A stretch of DNA of 29,187 bases, from positions 1 to 29,187 of IMG/VR virus record IMGVR_UViG_3300032330_001713, one strand, 5' to 3'. The position numbers and the translations under genes were made by a program. Below, one piece after another: positions 16,846 through 26,476 of the stretch. The DNA is from a virus. Lineage: Duplodnaviria > Caudoviricetes. Below the pieces are notes generated by a model. That model was not told the DNA's origin. It was given only the letters and a program-made list of their open reading frames with translations, and ran no database searches. The stretch's first letter is position 1, and each line of letters begins with the position of its first letter.

Positions 16846-19800
16846 ATGTCAACAAAAGTTACCCAAATATCATTAAACAATAATATCCTATCAGGATCTG
16901 TTTCTACTTTAGTTCCTACTAAAAACATGGTTAGAAACTTTGGTAACACTGAGGATTATATAGAATTACATATTACTGATCCTGCTGAAAAAAATCTATA
17001 TTCAATTGTTCCTTTTGCTAATTACAAAGTACCTAGCAATACAGTTCCACAAGCAGGTTTAAGTGTTGAAAAAGTTACTTTTGATCCTGCTGCTGATTTA
17101 GCTAATTTAGGTATAACTTACGGTAAATATAATGTTTATTATAATATTTTTAGACCTAAAGTAATACTAGATTATACTAAATCTATTTTTATTAAGGAAA
17201 TATCTAAGGATAGAACTGAAATTAGATTATATAGTAATAATGTTACTCCATCTCAATTTCAAACAAATACAAATAACTTTATAGCTGAAAGAGGATCTAA
17301 TCCTTACTTTAAAGAATTTTATTTAAACTTTGGTAAAAATCAATTATTACCATGTATTAATATAGCTTTTGATTTAGGTAGTTCTACATCAACATTAACA
17401 GGACCTTCAAATAATCAAACATTAACTTCAACATTATCTGGTTCTCCATCTGTTTTAGTTAAGTTATTAAATCCATTACCTATACAATATAAGGTAAATG
17501 ATACATTAAATATTGTCGATGCTTTATCTAATCCACAGGCATATAATGTTGAAATAACTCCTGAACCCGTTAAACGAGTTTCACCATCATTACGTGGACC
17601 TAATTTTGATTTAGATTTGGATAACTTAAGAGTAGGACCTACTCCTTATTATAATTTTACTGAAGTTACTACATTCCAAGGTACATTTGCTCCTCAACTT
17701 CAACAGTTGCTTGGTCAATTAAGCGCATCTAATTTTTCTATTAACGTTGATTATAATGACTATGAAAATTTTGTTCATTACTCAAGCGCTGCTCGTCGTT
17801 TAGAAGGATTTAAATATAAGTTAGAAAATATTGAATTATACACTTCAGCTAGTGCATCATATGCTCTTTCAACTAACCCAACAGCTCTTTTAGACGCTGC
17901 TAAGTTTCAAAATAAAATAAATACAACAATCCAAAGTTTTGATGGTTGGGAACAACATCTTTACTTTGAAACAGGTTCATCAGTATGGCCTAAGTATACA
18001 AGTACTAAACCATATTTGAATTACTCTGTAACATCATCTCAAGCTATAACTTGGTATAATGGCAATTATGATTCTGCTTCATTATACGATGATAATAACC
18101 AAAATTATTTATTATATGCTTTACCTGGTTACATATCAGAGAATGATAATAATGAATTAGCTTTTCAGTTTGTAGCTTCAATTGGACAAATGTTTGATGA
18201 TATTTGGATTCATATTAAAGCTATAACTGACTTATATCAAACTAAAAATGCTTTAGATCAAGGTATATCTAAAGACTTAGTATATTTTGCTTTACAATCT
18301 TTAGGTGTTAATACATACACTGACCAAGATGGTAATAATCAATTCCAATACTTATATGGTGTAAACCCTGATGGTACTTATAAACCACAAGTAGCTTCTT
18401 ATCAAACATTAATTAGTGCTTCTAACTACCAAATACCAGGACAAGACCAACAAAAAGAAATTTATAAACGTTTATATAGTAACTTACCTTTATTATTAAA
18501 GTCAAAAGGTACAACTCGTTTCAATCAATATTTAAATACTATATTTGGTATTCCAACTACAATAATGGGTTCATTAGAGTATGGTGGTGTAGATAAAATA
18601 ACATCTTCATTTGAATATGAATATGATAGATTCAATTATGCTTTACAAACATCAGGCTCAAATAATATAAGTATTCCTTGGAACTATGTTTCACAAAGTG
18701 CTATTAGAACAACTTATACAGATATAGTACCTGATGGTATTGAATTTAGATTTAAAGCATCCCCATCATATACTACTACTCAATCATTATTTTATAGTGG
18801 TTCTAATTTTAAATTAGATTTATTATACGCTAATACAGGATCTAATAACTCTATTTATGCTAATACTGTAGGTAATTTTGGTTATTTTCAATTTAAATTA
18901 GGTACAACAGTAGTTACCTCATCTACAATACCTGTATTTACAACAGGTTCAGATGGTGATACTAGTTGGTATAGTGTATTAGTTCAAAGACGTACTCCTA
19001 ACTTAAGAATAGGACAGACAAGTACTTCTCAAACATATGACATTTATGTTAAAAATAATGTTTATGGAGAGGTAGGACATAAAACAAGTGCTAGTTTAAC
19101 AACCACTACTGCTGCTACTAACTCATTATGGTACACTCAAGGTACTATAAAATTAGGAGGCGGCTCTTATCCATTTAGTGGTTCAATTCAAGAAGTAAGA
19201 TTATGGTCTTATAAATTAAATGAAGATGTATTTAACTCACATGTATTAAATCCTGAATCAATTGAAGGTAATACTTACACTTCTTCATTTTCAGATTTAG
19301 CTGCTAGATGGCCATTAGGAAATAACTTATATACATACAACCATACATTAACTTCAAGTGTTGCTTCAGTAGCTCCTGATCAAAAATCACAAGCATTTAC
19401 TGCTTCATTTGCTAGTTTCCCAAATAAAAATAACTATACTTCATTTACTGAAACATACTATGCTGACGTTGCAAACTCAGGATATGCTAACCCAGTAACT
19501 GATAAAATTAGAGTTATAAGCGGAAGTACTTATGGTACTCAATTACTACCTAATAAGAGTATTGTAGTACCTGATTTAGTTCCTGTAACTAAAGATATAC
19601 ATTTATTAGACGCAAGTTTATCTCCTCAAGATGAGATAGATAGAGCTATTATAGCAGCATTTGGTTCATCTTATAACTTAGACGATATTATTGGTAATCC
19701 TGTAACAGGATCATATTATGAATTACAACCAATTCAAAATGAATTCTTTAAGAAATTTGTTAACAGTTATAATTATAAAGATTATATTCGTTTAATTGAA

Positions 19801-21750
19801 TTCTTCCATAATTCATTATTTAGAACACTTAAAGACTTTACACCTGCTAGGACTAATTTATCTACAGGTATAGTTATTAAACCACACTTACTTGAAAGAC
19901 CTGTTATATATAGAAGTGAACCTACATTTACTCATTTTGATGTTGAAGGTACAATTGATACAGCGTTTATAAGCGCTAGTAATGGTGGTAACTATAGTCA
20001 ATCATTATACCCAATAATTTCCCAAGGAAATTTAGGAGAAGTAACTCTAACATCAGATGCTAGAGATTTCTTTACAGGAGTATTACCAGGTACATCTATA
20101 AATTATCATGGGTTGTTTATATCAGGAAATACAGATCCTTATAATCATTTTGCTCCAAATAATACAAGTTCATTCTCAGGTTCATTATGGAATTATTCAT
20201 CAAATCCATTATTTAATAATGTTAGTGCTTATCCTATATCATCAATAAGACAAAAAGTAACTGAAATTACTAGTGGAAGTAAATTAATTCAAGTACTTGA
20301 ACCATACTCTATTCAGGATTTTACTTACGAGTATACTCGCCATACTAGACCAAGATATTTTGGTTCTAGAACAACAAGTGCAAATTTTAATTTTTATACT
20401 CCTAGTACAGATTATAGTTTTGGTATATTAGGACCATTAGGAAAAAATGCTGTTATCAATGATAATTCTGTTGAATTTGGTTATTTTTCAGAAGCTGTAG
20501 CTACAGGTTCCCAATTAATATGTGCTCCTGAACGTACAAATTTATATTTAAAATATTTAATTAATGAAAGTGGTTCATTAATAGAACTATTTCAACGTAA
20601 TTATGCTACTGTAACTGAAAACCAATATTTTGATTTATATCAAGTTCAAAGTATTTTTAAACCAGGAGAAGTAGCAAATATAGCTTTATTTGATAACCAA
20701 ACTCCATCTCATCAAAAATCATTAGATGGTAATCAAACAATATTCGCTAGTGGTTTTAAATACTATCCAACATTATGGAAAGTAAATAGTGGCAGTTTTG
20801 GACAAGTATATGGATTACCATCAGGTAGTTCTACAAATCCATATTTACAATCTAGTAATTATAGAGTAGTACCTAATAGTGTTCGTATTCGTACTCTTGT
20901 AAGTTGGGGTAGTGTTGAATCAAGTATTGAGGGTGATATTGAATATTACCCAGGAGCATCCCCATCAGGATATTTACCTTTTGATATTACTGTTCGTGTT
21001 GAACTTCCAGTTGCTTTAGGAAACAGTAGCTTTGAAGATGTTTTAATTCCTGCTAGGAAACCAAATGGTTCTCCAAATTATACAGGACATTTTAGACATG
21101 ATAGAGGACTTTGTCAATATTTGCTACCTCCATTAGTTAGAACTGCTAGACCAACACAAGGTATTGATAGTATATTTGTGTATAGTGATACAGATGGTGC
21201 TCCTCAATTAACAGTAAATTCTACTGATAAAAGTATAGTATCATGTTCAGCAATAATGTCTGCACACTATAAAGAAGGATTTTATATGTCTGCTAGTATT
21301 ATTCCAACAGGAAATGCTAATGTAGACGCTTTATTAAAAGAATATAACTCATATTATCCTCTTGATTATCCATTCCAATTAAATCCTGGTGATCTTGTTC
21401 GTTTTGATAAACTACAATCAGCAACATCACCAACACTCAGATTTAGACCTGAAAATGAGTATACTATTCTTGAAGCATATACTACAGGATCTGTTATAGC
21501 ATTTAAGTTAGATAGAGAAGTACAAAATGAGGTAACAGCTAGTGGTACTCCTTACAAAATTGATCGATATGTGTTTTCAAGAAAAATAACAGATGAAACA
21601 AACGTGATTATTAACCATGAAAAAGCATTAGGACAAACATCAGCAGGTATTGTTAAAAACATTGATTTACGTCTTGACATTGATAAAAATGTAGGAAACA
21701 TAGTAAGTGAATTGAAGAGTAAGATATTTAGTACAGTTCTGAAACAATAA
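16846..21750 (+). CDS. Large baseplate/tail protein (gp7/P2 gpI-like segment plus LamG-like domain)
   Basis: 1634-aa ORF. EIYKRLYSNLPLLLKSKGT...FGIP resembles the gp7/gpI KGT motif; IEFRFK...WYSVLV...PFSGSIQEVRLW is a LamG/ConA-like signature. Confidence 0.7.
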   Translation: MSTKVTQISLNNNILSGSVSTLVPTKNMVRNFGNTEDYIELHITDPAEKNLYSIVPFANYKVPSNTVPQAGLSVEKVTFDPAADLANLGITYGKYNVYYNIFRPKVILDYTKSIFIKEISKDRTEIRLYSNNVTPSQFQTNTNNFIAERGSNPYFKEFYLNFGKNQLLPCINIAFDLGSSTSTLTGPSNNQTLTSTLSGSPSVLVKLLNPLPIQYKVNDTLNIVDALSNPQAYNVEITPEPVKRVSPSLRGPNFDLDLDNLRVGPTPYYNFTEVTTFQGTFAPQLQQLLGQLSASNFSINVDYNDYENFVHYSSAARRLEGFKYKLENIELYTSASASYALSTNPTALLDAAKFQNKINTTIQSFDGWEQHLYFETGSSVWPKYTSTKPYLNYSVTSSQAITWYNGNYDSASLYDDNNQNYLLYALPGYISENDNNELAFQFVASIGQMFDDIWIHIKAITDLYQTKNALDQGISKDLVYFALQSLGVNTYTDQDGNNQFQYLYGVNPDGTYKPQVASYQTLISASNYQIPGQDQQKEIYKRLYSNLPLLLKSKGTTRFNQYLNTIFGIPTTIMGSLEYGGVDKITSSFEYEYDRFNYALQTSGSNNISIPWNYVSQSAIRTTYTDIVPDGIEFRFKASPSYTTTQSLFYSGSNFKLDLLYANTGSNNSIYANTVGNFGYFQFKLGTTVVTSSTIPVFTTGSDGDTSWYSVLVQRRTPNLRIGQTSTSQTYDIYVKNNVYGEVGHKTSASLTTTTAATNSLWYTQGTIKLGGGSYPFSGSIQEVRLWSYKLNEDVFNSHVLNPESIEGNTYTSSFSDLAARWPLGNNLYTYNHTLTSSVASVAPDQKSQAFTASFASFPNKNNYTSFTETYYADVANSGYANPVTDKIRVISGSTYGTQLLPNKSIVVPDLVPVTKDIHLLDASLSPQDEIDRAIIAAFGSSYNLDDIIGNPVTGSYYELQPIQNEFFKKFVNSYNYKDYIRLIEFFHNSLFRTLKDFTPARTNLSTGIVIKPHLLERPVIYRSEPTFTHFDVEGTIDTAFISASNGGNYSQSLYPIISQGNLGEVTLTSDARDFFTGVLPGTSINYHGLFISGNTDPYNHFAPNNTSSFSGSLWNYSSNPLFNNVSAYPISSIRQKVTEITSGSKLIQVLEPYSIQDFTYEYTRHTRPRYFGSRTTSANFNFYTPSTDYSFGILGPLGKNAVINDNSVEFGYFSEAVATGSQLICAPERTNLYLKYLINESGSLIELFQRNYATVTENQYFDLYQVQSIFKPGEVANIALFDNQTPSHQKSLDGNQTIFASGFKYYPTLWKVNSGSFGQVYGLPSGSSTNPYLQSSNYRVVPNSVRIRTLVSWGSVESSIEGDIEYYPGASPSGYLPFDITVRVELPVALGNSSFEDVLIPARKPNGSPNYTGHFRHDRGLCQYLLPPLVRTARPTQGIDSIFVYSDTDGAPQLTVNSTDKSIVSCSAIMSAHYKEGFYMSASIIPTGNANVDALLKEYNSYYPLDYPFQLNPGDLVRFDKLQSATSPTLRFRPENEYTILEAYTTGSVIAFKLDREVQNEVTASGTPYKIDRYVFSRKITDETNVIINHEKALGQTSAGIVKNIDLRLDIDKNVGNIVSELKSKIFSTVLKQ

Positions 21751-21751
21751 T

Positions 21752-21760
21752 ATATTTATA
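21752..21760 (+). promoter_or_regulatory. ATATTTATA candidate late promoter
   Basis: Intergenic, 17 nt before ATG 21778. Confidence 0.6.
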
Positions 21761-21777
21761 TAAAATAACATTAACAA

Positions 21778-22446
21778 ATGGCATATTTAAATAACCAGTA
21801 TGTAACAATTGATGCGGTCCTAACAAAAAAAGGTCGTGAATTGTTAGCTCGTAATGACGGGTCTTTCCAAATCACTCAATTTGCTTTAGCTGATGATGAG
21901 ATTGATTACACATTATACAATCCAAACCATCCATCAGGATCTGCTTTCTTTGGAGAAGCAATTGAATCAATGCCTTTATTAGAAGCATTTGTGGATGAAA
22001 CACAAATTATGAAATATAAGCTAGTTACACTTAACCGTGGTACAAGTAAATTACCTGTATTGAATATAGGATTTACATCTGTTTCATTACGTCAAGCTGC
22101 TGCTACTAATATTACTCCTCAAACATTAAATTATCTAGGTGCTGTTTCAACTTTTGAACCATCAGGTTACTTAATGACTGTGGGAGATTCAAGATTCTTA
22201 AGTACATTCACTGGTACTGGTATTGACACAACAGGATTAAACATCACTGCTCCAACACCAAATGCTAGTGGCGCTAGTTTATCAGCTACTCAAGTTGGTA
22301 CTTCATTTAGTTTAATTGCTACAACAATTAACACTTTATTCCCAACAAGTGCTATAGCAGGTGCTTCAATATCTACAACTATCACAGTGATGGGTAGAGA
22401 TAGTGGTGCTAGAATTACTATACCTTTAACATTAATTAAAACCTAA
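21778..22446 (+). CDS. Virion structural protein; N-terminus resembles the start of the tail-collar fibre domain
   Basis: AVLTKKGRELLARNDGSFQITQFALADD resembles the LT..G...LA......IT..A.GD start of P2 gpH-type domains (recalled, not computed). Confidence 0.6.
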   Translation: MAYLNNQYVTIDAVLTKKGRELLARNDGSFQITQFALADDEIDYTLYNPNHPSGSAFFGEAIESMPLLEAFVDETQIMKYKLVTLNRGTSKLPVLNIGFTSVSLRQAAATNITPQTLNYLGAVSTFEPSGYLMTVGDSRFLSTFTGTGIDTTGLNITAPTPNASGASLSATQVGTSFSLIATTINTLFPTSAIAGASISTTITVMGRDSGARITIPLTLIKT

Positions 22447-22453
22447 TTAAAAT

Positions 22454-23530
22454 ATGTCTTTCGGAACATACGCAAACGATGACCAAGTACTTAGCTCTGA
22501 TGCTATAGTAGCTCCTATGTGGAGCAATAATGTCACTACGTTAAATACTTTTTACAGTTGGTCAAACCAAGAACAAGCTACAAGTCAAGGAAAATTTTTC
22601 CTTAACGTGTATGCTTCGGATGCTGCTGTTACTCAATCTGCTGAGAATCAGTTCTCAATAGCTTATGGTCATATCAGTGGTTCAGGTTCGGCTTATTTTA
22701 ATGCTTTAGTACCTGATAAAACACCAACTAGAGATGTTTATGGTCAATTTAGATCATTAATCTATGGTGATGAAAACACTTCATTCACTTTTGGTTCATC
22801 TACAAACGCATCAAAAGACATCATTGTTATATCTGTAGCTAGATCTCGCTTTAAAGAATCATTCAACCCAGGTTCTTTTTACTTAACTCTAAAGAGTGGC
22901 TCTAGTCAAATTGGTTTAGTAGATGATTCTTCAGTTACAACAACTTCTACTTATGTTGGTACATCTCGTGTTTATCAATTATTAAGTGGTTCTTATAACT
23001 CAGGTACTGGATTAGCTACTCCATCTTCTTCTAACTATACACCAAGTGGATCATATGGTATGATTATTCCTGATGAAGGTTTAATTATATTAAATCCAAG
23101 AGCATTAGCTTTACCAGCAGGTGCTTTAGGAGGAATTGGTGCTATATTTAATGAATATAGCTCATCACAAGCTGCTACTTTCTTCTCTGCAATTTCATCT
23201 TATAACCTTAATAATAGAATGGTGTATGATATGATTGCAAATAAACCATCAACACCAGCTTTTAGTTTACAAAGCTACGAAACAATATCATCACGTTATT
23301 TCTTTACTCGTGTTAAAAATAATCAATTTAATTATACAACTAACCCAACAGTAATAGATTCAAACGGTAACTTACTTTATACTCAATTAGTATATAACCC
23401 ACAAACATTTATTACAACTGTAGGTTTATATAATAATAGTGGTGATTTATTAGCAGTAGCTAAATTAAACAAACCATTAGTAAAAGACTTTACTAAAGAA
23501 TTATTATTAAGAGTTAAATTAGACTTCTAA
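22454..23530 (+). CDS. Virion structural protein; C-terminus resembles the end of the tail-collar fibre domain
   Basis: C-terminal FNYTTNPT...FITTVGLYNNSGDLLAVAKLNKPLVKDFTKELLLRVKLDF. Confidence 0.65.
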   Translation: MSFGTYANDDQVLSSDAIVAPMWSNNVTTLNTFYSWSNQEQATSQGKFFLNVYASDAAVTQSAENQFSIAYGHISGSGSAYFNALVPDKTPTRDVYGQFRSLIYGDENTSFTFGSSTNASKDIIVISVARSRFKESFNPGSFYLTLKSGSSQIGLVDDSSVTTTSTYVGTSRVYQLLSGSYNSGTGLATPSSSNYTPSGSYGMIIPDEGLIILNPRALALPAGALGGIGAIFNEYSSSQAATFFSAISSYNLNNRMVYDMIANKPSTPAFSLQSYETISSRYFFTRVKNNQFNYTTNPTVIDSNGNLLYTQLVYNPQTFITTVGLYNNSGDLLAVAKLNKPLVKDFTKELLLRVKLDF

Positions 23531-23540
23531 TGTTACGCCC

Positions 23541-24761
23541 ATGTCAGCAAATGTGTATAAAAGACTTAGTGTATCTGATACTTTCGTAGTACCATATACA
23601 GCAAACAAAAGCTGGGATATCACCTCAGGGTCTTTTGCTACTAATAAAATAACTGTTAACATAGGGGTAAATCATAGTGGATCAATATTTGATCCAACTT
23701 CAGAGTATATTTCTAATGGTCAATATGATAGATTAGTTTACGACTCTATTAATTTAAATTATTATCCTAGTTTTTTACCTAGATATATTGATACATCATC
23801 AAGACAAAATACATTACTTAATGATGGTACACTAACAACATCCTCTTATTTTAGAGGACACGTTGAATTAGGTAATTTAGATACTGTAAAATTTTTTCCA
23901 ACAGGTGCTAATGCTACTATCTATGTTTTAAACATACCTAAAAATTTAACTAGCGAAAAAATATTACCTACTACTTTTGAGGCTTATTTCGCTACAGGTT
24001 CATCAACATTTAAGATATATGATGATGGAAATTATAATTTATTTTATAGCGGAAGTAGTGCTATTTCATCTATTGGAACTACATTAGTAAATGGTTCTCA
24101 AGTTGGTAATATATTTTACGAACAAAACGTTGCTATATTAACTGTTATACCAAGTAGTATAAGAAAAACAGCTTGTAGAGGTATAGATCCATATTGTATT
24201 CAAATCTCTCCAACCCCAACAACAAGTGTTACTCCAAGTGTTACTCCAAGTGTTACTCCAAGTGTTACTCCAAGCGTAACACCACCTGTATCACCACCTA
24301 ATTCACCTGCTGCTTCACCAGCAGCATCACCTGAAGCTTCACCAGCGGCATCACCTGCCTCTTCCCCTGGAGCATCACCTGCTGCATCACCTGAAGCTTC
24401 TCCAGCGGCATCACCTGAAGCTTCACCTGCTGCGTCACCTGAAGCGTCACCTGCACCATCACCTGCTCCATCACCAGCAGCATCAACTCCAACTTTAGGT
24501 AGTGCTGTTACTGTATATGGATATGGATTTAATATATCACAACCTTGTTCAAGTGGTCCAATAACTTTTTATATTTCAAATTCATCTATAGCTACAGCTT
24601 ATGGTTCAAGTGGAGATATGAGTCTTTTATCTGGACAAATTTTGTATTTAGAAGACACATTATTTAACGCCGCACCATATGAATTTGTAACAGACATTAG
24701 TGGAACTATATGGTATGTAGTTTCATCAGCAATTACCACTACTACAGGAATAGGTTGTTAA
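23541..24761 (+). CDS. Structural protein A: N-half paralog of ORF 22454, SVTP/AASP linker, Cys-containing tip
   Basis: VLNIPKNLTSEKILPTTFEAYFATGSSTFKIYDDG...VGNIFYEQNVAILT aligns by eye to VISVARSRFKESFNPGSFYLTLKSGSSQIGLVDDS...YGMIIPDEGLIILN of ORF 22454. Confidence 0.75.
   Translation: MSANVYKRLSVSDTFVVPYTANKSWDITSGSFATNKITVNIGVNHSGSIFDPTSEYISNGQYDRLVYDSINLNYYPSFLPRYIDTSSRQNTLLNDGTLTTSSYFRGHVELGNLDTVKFFPTGANATIYVLNIPKNLTSEKILPTTFEAYFATGSSTFKIYDDGNYNLFYSGSSAISSIGTTLVNGSQVGNIFYEQNVAILTVIPSSIRKTACRGIDPYCIQISPTPTTSVTPSVTPSVTPSVTPSVTPPVSPPNSPAASPAASPEASPAASPASSPGASPAASPEASPAASPEASPAASPEASPAPSPAPSPAASTPTLGSAVTVYGYGFNISQPCSSGPITFYISNSSIATAYGSSGDMSLLSGQILYLEDTLFNAAPYEFVTDISGTIWYVVSSAITTTTGIGC
24223..24490 (+). 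repeat. Coding tandem repeats: CAAGTGTTACTC x4 perfect (SVTP), then about 15 degenerate 12-bp xASP units
   Basis: Perfect units 24223-24270, a degenerate fifth to 24282; TCACC-anchored units from about 24303 to 24490. Confidence 0.95.
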
Positions 24762-24771
24762 TAAAATAAAA

Positions 24772-24780
24772 ATATTTATA
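24772..24780 (+). promoter_or_regulatory. ATATTTATA candidate late promoter
   Basis: Intergenic, 4 nt before ATG 24785. Confidence 0.55.
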
Positions 24781-24784
24781 ATAA

Positions 24785-25396
24785 ATGAATTCAGGATATA
24801 AAGCATATACAAACTTAGAACAATACTATGTAGATAATAGTATTGCTACAGGTATCACTAAAACAAACAGTATTAGTGATCCTGACTATATTGCTCCTAT
24901 ATATGATACAGTTTATTGTCCTTTACCTTCAATATCAGCAACACCTACACCTACAATAAGTGTAACTCCAAGTATTACTCCTACAGTAACACCTACCGTT
25001 ACACCAAGTATTAGTTTAACACCAAGTATTAGTTTAACACCAAGTATAACACCAAGTATTAGTTTAACACCAAGTATTAGTTTAACACCAAGTATACCTG
25101 TAAGTCCTAGTGTACCTCCAAGTCCACCATCTAGTCCACCTGCTTATTATTATTATAGCGCTGATAGATATGAATGTATAGGCGGATATTGTAATTGGGT
25201 AGAAAGTATAACTATAGCAAATCCTTACCCAATAACTGTAGCAGATGGTAAATACTATTTTGACTATGATAGCTGTTATATATTTACTGTAGCTAGTGAA
25301 ATATCACAAACTGTATCATTAATAACTAATATAACACAAGTAGGTACTAAGAATTGTTCTTCATTGTGTAGTATAATATGTAATCAGAACCCATAA
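24785..25396 (+). CDS. Structural protein B: ~46-aa core, TPS-rich linker, Cys-rich tip
   Basis: Core MNSGYKAYTNLEQYY...DPDYIAPIYDTVYCP; linker of TPSI/TPSISL units ending SSPPA; ~83-aa tip with 6 Cys. Confidence 0.75.
   Translation: MNSGYKAYTNLEQYYVDNSIATGITKTNSISDPDYIAPIYDTVYCPLPSISATPTPTISVTPSITPTVTPTVTPSISLTPSISLTPSITPSISLTPSISLTPSIPVSPSVPPSPPSSPPAYYYYSADRYECIGGYCNWVESITIANPYPITVADGKYYFDYDSCYIFTVASEISQTVSLITNITQVGTKNCSSLCSIICNQNP
25001..25096 (+). repeat. Higher-order coding repeat: 48-bp unit (18+18+12) x2 built from ACACCAAGTATTAGTTTA
   Basis: 25001-25048 and 25049-25096 are identical; each encodes TPSISL-TPSISL-TPSI. Confidence 0.92.
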
Positions 25397-25405
25397 TAAT
25401 TTAAA

Positions 25406-26476
25406 ATGAATTCAAGAACCGTAGATATAAATCTTACAGAAATAAAATTCAAAAACAACCACGTTGTTTATGAGAATTTTGTTAAATGTACTATAAAGGA
25501 CTATGAATTTAATTTAAGTTATAACCCAACTTTATTATCAGGTTCTCAAGCATCACTTTATCCTTACACTTATATGAGTGGATCAGGAACTACATCAGTA
25601 ACAGGTAGTGAGACACTTTATGAAATAAGTGGATCTAATTATTACGGTATATTAAAAGATTTTGTTACTGGTTCTATTATATCATCAGATGGAACATCAT
25701 CATTTTCACCATATGTTACTACAATTGGTTTATATAATGACAAACAAGAATTATTAGCGGTAGCTAAAATGGCTGTTCCAACACCTATATCTGCTAACAC
25801 AGATATGACTTTTTTAGTGAAGTTTGATACTCAATGGATTGAAAAACCTTATTTTACTCCAACTCCTTCACCATCAAGAACACCATATGCTACTCCTAGT
25901 CCAACACCATCAATAAGTATTACTCCAAGTGTAACACCACCTGTTTCACCTGCAGCATCACCTGCGGCTTCTCCCGCAGCATCACCTGCATCATCACCTG
26001 CTGCGTCACCCGCAGCATCACCCGCAGCATCACCCGCAGCGTCACCCGCAGCGTCACCCGCAGCGTCACCTGAAGCTTCTCCTGCAGCATCACCAGCATC
26101 ATCACCCCCAGCATACGCTAGTATATCTTGGACTTTTTACGCTGATGCTCCTACAGGTGAATTTTTTATAACTGTAAACGGAGGTGTCGCAGTAGTAAAC
26201 ATATATAGCACTACACAATATACTTCTTATTCAGGTAATATTAATGTATACGAAGGAGATATTATTTACACACAAGTAGGTACTGGAGGATGTACCGGCG
26301 GTTTATATGGAGGAAGCAATGCTAAAGCATCTGTTTCAGGAATTATAAACGATGCAGTTTGTAATTTAGGTAATCCATCTGTAGTATTATCACCTGCTAC
26401 TTATACAATAACTGCTGGAGATATAGGAACTAGTCTTCTTTTAACCGCAAATAGTGAGTGTGGTACAACTTGTTAA
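25406..26476 (+). CDS. Structural protein C: C-half paralog of ORF 22454, TP/AASP linker, Cys-containing tip
   Basis: FNLSYNPT...YVTTIGLYNDKQELLAVAKMAVP...FLVKFD aligns to FNYTTNPT...FITTVGLYNNSGDLLAVAKLNKP...LRVKLD of ORF 22454. Confidence 0.8.
   Translation: MNSRTVDINLTEIKFKNNHVVYENFVKCTIKDYEFNLSYNPTLLSGSQASLYPYTYMSGSGTTSVTGSETLYEISGSNYYGILKDFVTGSIISSDGTSSFSPYVTTIGLYNDKQELLAVAKMAVPTPISANTDMTFLVKFDTQWIEKPYFTPTPSPSRTPYATPSPTPSISITPSVTPPVSPAASPAASPAASPASSPAASPAASPAASPAASPAASPAASPEASPAASPASSPPAYASISWTFYADAPTGEFFITVNGGVAVVNIYSTTQYTSYSGNINVYEGDIIYTQVGTGGCTGGLYGGSNAKASVSGIINDAVCNLGNPSVVLSPATYTITAGDIGTSLLLTANSECGTTC
25855..26112 (+). repeat. Coding low-complexity linker with 12-bp AASP tandem units (TCACCCGCAGCR core)
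   Basis: About 13 xASP units from 25946 to about 26105; GC-rich relative to the genome. Confidence 0.95.

Noticed and set aside
24200-25405. Self-splicing introns or inteins rejoining A, B and C
   Set aside because: The intervening DNA is in-frame coding sequence with clean stops and starts. I see no group I/II core or intein terminal motifs. RT-PCR would be the definitive test.
24223-26112. Tandem repeats as a CRISPR array, with ORF27897 as a cas4 gene
   Set aside because: Units are 12-18 bp, contiguous, spacer-less and in-frame coding. The nuclease is an ordinary phage PD-(D/E)XK type and lacks the Cys cluster of Cas4.
24298-26114. Minus-strand ORFs 24298-24492 and 25920-26114 with VMLQ/VTLR repeats
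   Set aside because: Antisense read-outs of the AASP arrays.
23541-26476. Diversity-generating retroelement or shufflon acting on the tips
   Set aside because: No reverse transcriptase, no template/variable repeat pair with adenine-specific mismatches, no invertase and no inverted cassettes in this window.
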